From positions 124,001-188,000 of the forward strand of contig JAPMXV010000070.1 of the NCBI GenBank assembly GCA_026936335.1: 64,000 bases of DNA, in the 5' to 3' direction. The notes under the pieces were generated by a model. The model was given only the letters and a program-made list of their open reading frames with translations, ran no database searches and had not been told where the DNA came from. Positions within the stretch are counted from its first letter, which is position 1; each line of letters opens with the position of its first letter. The position numbers were made by a program, and so were the translations under genes. The stretch comes from Mantamonas sphyraenae STR306 (lineage: Eukaryota > Protista > CRuMs). Shown piece after piece: positions 58,101 to 64,000 of this stretch.

Positions 58101-61100
58101 CCCCGACAGCTTCACCACAAGGGCATACTCGCCCACAGTTGTGGCGTTGTACGTGCCCACATACGTCCCTGTGGTGGCTGTGGTGCTCACAGCCACAGGC
58201 ACTGCGGCGCCTCCGTCCCTGCTGGTCAGTTCCACCGTGTACGAGTCGGTGTTGCTCGTGCGTGTGTTGCCATACTCGTCTCGCGAGGCAATGTACACGT
58301 AACCCGTCTGTCCGGCTTCGTTGTGTCGCGTGTGGGGTCCACTCACCACCGCAGTGGCAATGGATGCCGTCGACTTGGCCGTCACCGTGTGTGTGCGTGC
58401 CCCATTGACAATCGTCGTGCCACCAAACTGCACCGTCAACGTGTAGTCTCCCGCCAGGGTGGCTGTGTACGTCAGCGTGTACGTGCCTGGGTTGGCATGG
58501 TTGGACACCGCCAACCCTGCGTTGTCTCCACCCTTCACCATCGTGTATGTAAACGTGTCCCCGTGTCCCGTCTGCGTGTTTTCGTACGTGTCCTTGGCCA
58601 CAATGGTGTATGTGCCCGTGCCTGCCACACTCGACGCAGTGCCCACCAGTTCGCTCTTGCTGGCCACCGTCGCCGCAGGCAGGATCGTCACCGTGAACGG
58701 CGAGTTCAATGCATGCGCGTTGCCCGCCTGGATGCTCACCACAGACAGACTGTAGGTGCCAGACACCGTCGGCGAGCTGCTGATGCGATACACGTTGCCA
58801 TTCACGGCACCGTCCACTTCAAATGTCGCCAGCGCCGTGCTGGTCGAGTCCCAGATCGCCTTGAAGCGTTTGTTGAACTGCGGCGTGGCGTCGTTGTCGT
58901 AGTTGTCCTTGGGCGTCACGTCGATGGTGTTGCCCGTTCCTGCCACGTCGTTGTTGTAGTCGCCGCTCACCACACACTTGGTGTTGACCTGCGCCGCAGG
59001 GCTGACTGTGAATTGCTGCGGCTGCGCTGTGATGTCCGCCCCGTTCATCTTGATCACCACGTTGTACACGCCTGTCTTTGTCAAGAGGTAGGTGGCCACA
59101 TACGTACCGGCTCCCTGGGCAGACGACGTGGGCTGGAACGGAGCAAGTGCTCCGTTTGTCGAGTGTGTCACCACCGTCGTCACAGAGTCACTCGTTGTGT
59201 CCCGCAGGTTGCCATACTGGTCTCGTGCGTACACCGTCACCGCACGATCGTCTCCAGCCACGTAAGCGGCGTTCCATCCGGCTGCCATGGTCGACTGTGT
59301 GGCCACCGTCGGTCCGGGTGTCAGCTGAAAGTTGTTCACCGTTGTCAGCAGCGTCGCTCCCATCGTCACCAGGTTCACAATGTTGAATTCCACCGTGTAC
59401 GTGCCACTCTTGGTCATGGTGCGTGAGCACGCATAGGTCGAACCCGTCGCCAAGGTTGCATCCACCGTGGCCGTCGCCTCTCCGTTGCCCGAGAACGTGC
59501 ATGTGAACTTTTGTTGGCATGTGATGGTGTGGTCCACGTTGCTGCGCTTCGAGTGCACCTGCACCGCAATGGCTCCCACCACTTGCGACGCCGTCGTCAC
59601 TGTCGACGTGCTCAGGTCCTCGCTCACCGTGTAGGTGGGTGTCTGCTGCACCCACGTCGTGCCTGCGTCTTGCGAGTAGCACAGCTTCAGCGACGTCGGC
59701 GACATCGAACTCGTGTCCACATTCATTGTGGTCGACGTCAGTGTCGTCACCAGCTGTCGTGCTGCCGTCGTACACGTCGCCGTCGACGCCACAAACCCAA
59801 TCTGGAAGCGTGCCGCGCCGCTGGTGTCCGTCTGGGCCCCTGTAAACGTCACCGCCGTCACCTGACACGCACCGGATGTCGGACTGATGGCTGTGATTGC
59901 CCCGTACGTGGTGTCTCCCGTGGTGATGTAGTGCTGCTCGTTCAGGTTGGTGCCCACCGCCGGAAGAGTGCCAGTGCTCCAATGGTGTTCAGGTCGTTCG
60001 AGTTGCTGCTCCAATCGGTCACTGCCGCCGTTTGGTCGCCATTCGCAAGTCCGTTGGTGTCCCAGAAGCCCACCACGTTTGTGTTGAACGCATCCGTCCT
60101 CTTGAGACGCACGTACATCGCCTGTTCCGCCGACAGTGCAATCTTCCACAGGCGCATCATAAACACATACCACCGATACCCATCCTTGTCCGGCACACCT
60201 GTGTTGTCACCGTACAGGCCGATGGACACATACGTCCCCGTGGTTGGCAGGACATCGCACGTCGTAGCCGCCAGCGGTGTCTGCAGCTCGCCGTTCATGT
60301 ACAGCTTGGCGGTTGTGCCATCATAGGTGCCAACCGCATGCACAAATGAGTCGTCGGGACACATGTCTGTGGACACAATGCAGTCGTCCGTCCCTGTCCC
60401 GTAACGGAAGATGAGCTGTGCGTTTTGGCTGCTGGATGGCGTGTACGAACCCAATCCCAGCACCTTTGATCCCGAATTCACCGATGCAAACCATCGCTGT
60501 CCTGCTCCTTGGCTGTCGTCGTACGCTCGGCTGCGAAACGCGATCTCAATCGATGCCGTGGACGACCCGGTAAACATGTCCGTGGGTGAGGTCTTCAAGA
60601 AGTACTGCGTCTTGTCCTTGGGGTTACCATTCCTGTCGTACGACGACATGTCCCACGCAGCCGCAGTGGCAACGTTTCCCAGCGTCTTGTCTGTGGGCAA
60701 CCCCGCAGTGACCCAGGTTGGATCGGCACCATTGGTCACAATGTTCGACCCCTCTCCTGCCGTGACGGCACATGGCAAAGAAGTCACTCCGTTGCAGGCA
60801 TACAGGGAACTGCCCTGTGTCTCGACGTAGTCAGTCCACAACGACGTGTACACGTGCATCGCCGGCGCATCGTGCCTCTGCCCAAACCGCAGAAGATACA
60901 ACTGCCCGTTGTATGCCTGGTTGTTGTCGTAGTTGTTGCCCAGGTAGATGTCACGTGCATAGTCCTTCACAAAGTTCATGCGAAGGTAGTTGCTGTTGGT
61001 CTGCGTCGCCGTTTTGCCTGTTCCACGCACCACACCGTCCACATGCAACTCGCATCCGAACCGATCGCTGTCACGTTGCGACACCTGTGTGCACATTGCC

Positions 61101-62194
61101 ATGTGATTAATCCCCAATCGCGCCGTGTCGACGTGTCGACGTGTGTGAGCAACTTCAGGCAAACCCGCACCGCAAAGCGTTTTCAACAACGAAAACGACC
61201 AAACGCAAACCCACGCAAACACGTACCACAAAGTGCCAGTTGCCGTCGTTGTATGTGACTGTGCTCGAGGCTGTGCACTCAAACACCTCTGAACTACCCT
61301 TGTGGTGTTGGTTGTACAGATACGTCGTCGGTTTGCCCCCGGTCATGCTAATCCGCCAGTGGGTTTCTGAATTTGCCTTGACCGATTTGTCGCTGATGCT
61401 TGCTTGCGCAGTGAACTGTGTCATCATATGTCAGCTGGGTTGTCCCATGGGATGCAATGGAGGAGGTAGAGGAGCCTCTCCTCCACCCTCCTCCCCTCTC
61501 TCTGCGTTTTCACTCTCCACACCTACCTGCCGATAGTGCAACAATGTCGCGTCCGTCGTGCTTGTGTCCTGCGACGTCTTGAACCACAGCGAGATGAAGG
61601 CTGCCCTGCGGCTGACCCTGTGTGGAGTTGGACCATGCAAGGTGCAACCAAACGCAAGCGTGCGCCAGTGTCGGGGGTGTCAACGAGCTGCACGGCCAAA
61701 GAGACGGCGACGGAGGAAATCAAAGGGCCGAAGGGCCAAAAAAAAGGGCGTTTGGAAGCTTGTCGGGACAACCTCGCAACGGGGCCAGATGGACCCTGAC
61801 AACATGCATGGACATCCACAATGGAAGGTGGTGGGGACATGGAAGAAATCTGGAAACCCACTCGAATGCATCACTGCTGGCAGGCATGGCAATCAAGGCC
61901 TTTTGCGCGCCGTTGAAGCTCATAGCAGCTGGTGTAGCTGCCACATCCTGGGCCATCACTTTGAGGCACACACAATGGGGCAAAGGTGGAGACAGGCCAC
62001 ACGGGGGGGGGGGGGGGTCAGTGCTTGTGGCAAACGCAACGCGGGGTGGACAACGAGGGGAGGGGGAAGAAGAGGACGCAGGCGCATTCCTTGGGAGCAC
62101 GTCAACCCATTCACTTACTGTGCACCATGATGGCTACAATCAAACAAGACAGAGTCAAAGGTGACGTGTAGACGAATCCTAGTCTTCCCGTCAT
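43101..62194 (-). CDS. Giant (~6,250 aa) cell-surface receptor: signal peptide, LamG/pentraxin domains, filamin/Ig-like repeats, IPT/TIG, Cys-rich GCC2/EGF-like region, multi-pass TM domain, tandem RGS-like cytoplasmic tail
   Basis: ORF 43101..60173 plus ORF 59942..61282 (single frameshift at ~59980) plus small upstream exons (NDGNWHFV, ISLWFKT, AMSFNGA). Putative start MTGRLGFVYTSPLTLSCLIVAIMV at 62194 followed by GTAAGT. Motifs: ARD.YGN filamin-like repeats, WHH/WSHV LamG, GPxxGxTxVxxxG IPT, C..C..G.GP.C..C, KILLNYLQV and FLYDGY...YFWE. 5' exon boundaries are approximate. Confidence 0.85.
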
Positions 62195-62289
62195 GGCTCT
62201 GGTGTGACTGTGTGTGTGTGTGTTTGTGCTGAATGTTTGGAAAAGTTGCAAGGTTTGCTTTGCGCTGGCGGGAGCATTGACTTGAAAGC

Positions 62290-63668
62290 ATGGAGCATTA
62301 TAACAGTGGCATCCACCAGCTGCTGGACGGAGAGCTCAAGGAAGCACTGGAGAGTTTCAACCAGGCCATTGCTGAAGACGACAGCAATCCAAACTTTTAC
62401 GTCAAGCGAGCACAGACGCATTGTTGTCTGCGCCAGTTCATGGGTGCGTCTCTCCTTCTCGTCCCCTGTGTGCCCCTGTGTGGTGGTCTGTATGCTGACA
62501 CCCCCACTCCCCCCCCACATTCCTTCCCACAGAGGCAGTGGATGATACCAACAAGGCCATTGAGCTGAACCCAAGCGAGCACATGGCGTATCTGCGCAAA
62601 GGGTGAGTTTCCGCCCAGCCCGAAAAACCACCTTTGCTCTTGCTTCCTTCCCCACACACACACCGTGTCCTGTCGACACGCCCACGCTGACACCCACGCC
62701 CATGGTCCACTGCCCACAGCCAAGCTTTGTTTGAAACGGGCGAGTACGAGGCCGCGCAGGAGGCGTTGAAGCAGGGCAAGGCTCTGTCCGATTCTGACCA
62801 GTTCGACACTTGGCTGCGCAAATGCGAGGCTGAGCTGGAGGAGGAGGAGGAGGAGGGCGATGGTAGTGACGATGCCACCCCTTCCACCACCGCCACCACC
62901 ACCACCACTTCCACTGCATCCTCTGACGAAGCAGACAACAACAGCAGCAGCACAACGAGCACAACAAGCACGACGTCGGCGGAAGCGGAAACCAGCCAGG
63001 CGGAAGACTCGGAACCCATTGTGGCACCACCGCCCAAGTACAGGGAGGATTGGTACCAAACCAACACTCAGGTGTTCCTGACCCTGTTTGTGCGCAACCT
63101 GAACCAGGACAGTGTGCAGGTGGATGTGACGCCCTCGCAGGTGACCCTGAAGTTTGCCCTCAATTCGGGCGAAGACTTTGAACACACGTTTGGCCCTCTG
63201 TATGAACCCATCGATGCCAAGGATTACCAAGTGACCACTCGCACACGCAAGATTGAGGTGGCTGTCACCAAGAAGGCTGCCAATGTGCAGTGGACAACCC
63301 TCTTGGAGACGGGCATCACCGACGAGGAGCGCAAATCGGTGAGCAAGGTCCAGTTTGCAGACACCAGCAACGTACGCAAGGACTTGTACCCATCTTCCAA
63401 GGGCGATAAGAACTGGGATGAAATCGAAAAGATGGTGGTCACCAAGGAGGACGAAGACGAGGCGGACGGAAAGGACGGCCTCACCAAGCTCCTCCAGCAG
63501 ATCTACGGCAATGCCAGCGAAGAAACACGCCGTGCCATGAACAAGTCCTTTGTTGAGTCCAACGGCACCGTCCTCAGCACAAACTGGCAAGATGTCGGCT
63601 CCCGCTACGTGGAAGGCTCCCCGCCCGACGGCATGGAGATGCACGACTGGAAGGAGGCTCACAAGTGA
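62290..63668 (+). CDS. SGT1: SGT1 co-chaperone (TPR-CS-SGS)
   Basis: TPR N-terminus; CS domain (YREDWYQT..V.LTLFV..KIEV...K...WTTL); SGS domain (YPSS..KNWD..LLQQIY....EETRRAMNKSFVESNGTVLSTNW.DVG). Introns 62444-62532 and 62603-62719. Confidence 0.96.
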
Positions 63669-63803
63669 GACCCGTGTGGGTGACACAACGCACACAGGAC
63701 CAGCTCAAAAAGCACAACTTCCACCCCCACAACAAACACAGACGCTTCTCCCCAAACAACCCCCAAATCCCCTCCCGCTTCATGGAGTCTGTCTTGCACG
63801 ACG

Positions 63804-64000
63804 TCATCCGAGAGCAGAGGGAGCAAATGGTGGCCTACAAGGTGTGTGTGCGGCGATTCCGCGTGGGTGGGTGTTTGCTCGAATGTGCTCGGCTGACATC
63901 AGGAACACAGCGCGAGGTGGAGCAACTGCGTCGGCGTGCACAAGAGGCTCAGTGGGCGCTGGAGGAAAAGGAGAAGCAGGCAACGGCATGTGTGCGTATG
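63804..64000 (-). CDS. Possible 3' end of a gene entering from the right edge
   Basis: Short open frame ending at 63804, convergent with SGT1; no recognisable motif. Confidence 0.2.
   Translation of the reverse strand, partial: YAHMPLPASPFPPAPTEPLVHADAVAPPRAVFLMSAEHIRANTHPRGIAAHTPCRPPFAPSALG

Overview
GC-rich, gene-dense eukaryotic (protist-like) DNA with short GT-AG introns. Recognisable housekeeping genes are ARL2, a PRP40-like WW/FF protein, nicolin-1, a type-I DnaJ-like protein whose J-domain reads HVD instead of HPD, and SGT1. The centre (about 9-43 kb) holds an expanded family of ankyrin-repeat genes sharing an unrecognised N-terminal 'VWxGV..E/RLE..GRL..G' beta-rich head, followed in most members by a short coiled coil. 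Four of them sit in a tandemly duplicated head-to-head cassette: a constant ~210-aa partner gene on the minus strand plus a constant head exon fused to a variable ankyrin array (about 38, 6, 7 and 11 repeats). In the longest arrays the 99-bp repeats are near-identical except at ligand-facing positions and are recombined as half-modules, like a natural DARPin library. Each cassette copy is followed by a piece of the neighbouring ~6,250-aa giant receptor gene (LamG/pentraxin, filamin/Ig, IPT, Cys-rich, multi-TM, tandem RGS-like tail). Two satellites, a shared TGAAC-N7-GTTCA palindrome and strong local G/C-skew domains are also visible. Several single-base frameshifts in or next to short base runs are probably assembly errors. 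Domain calls are by eye; no searches were run.
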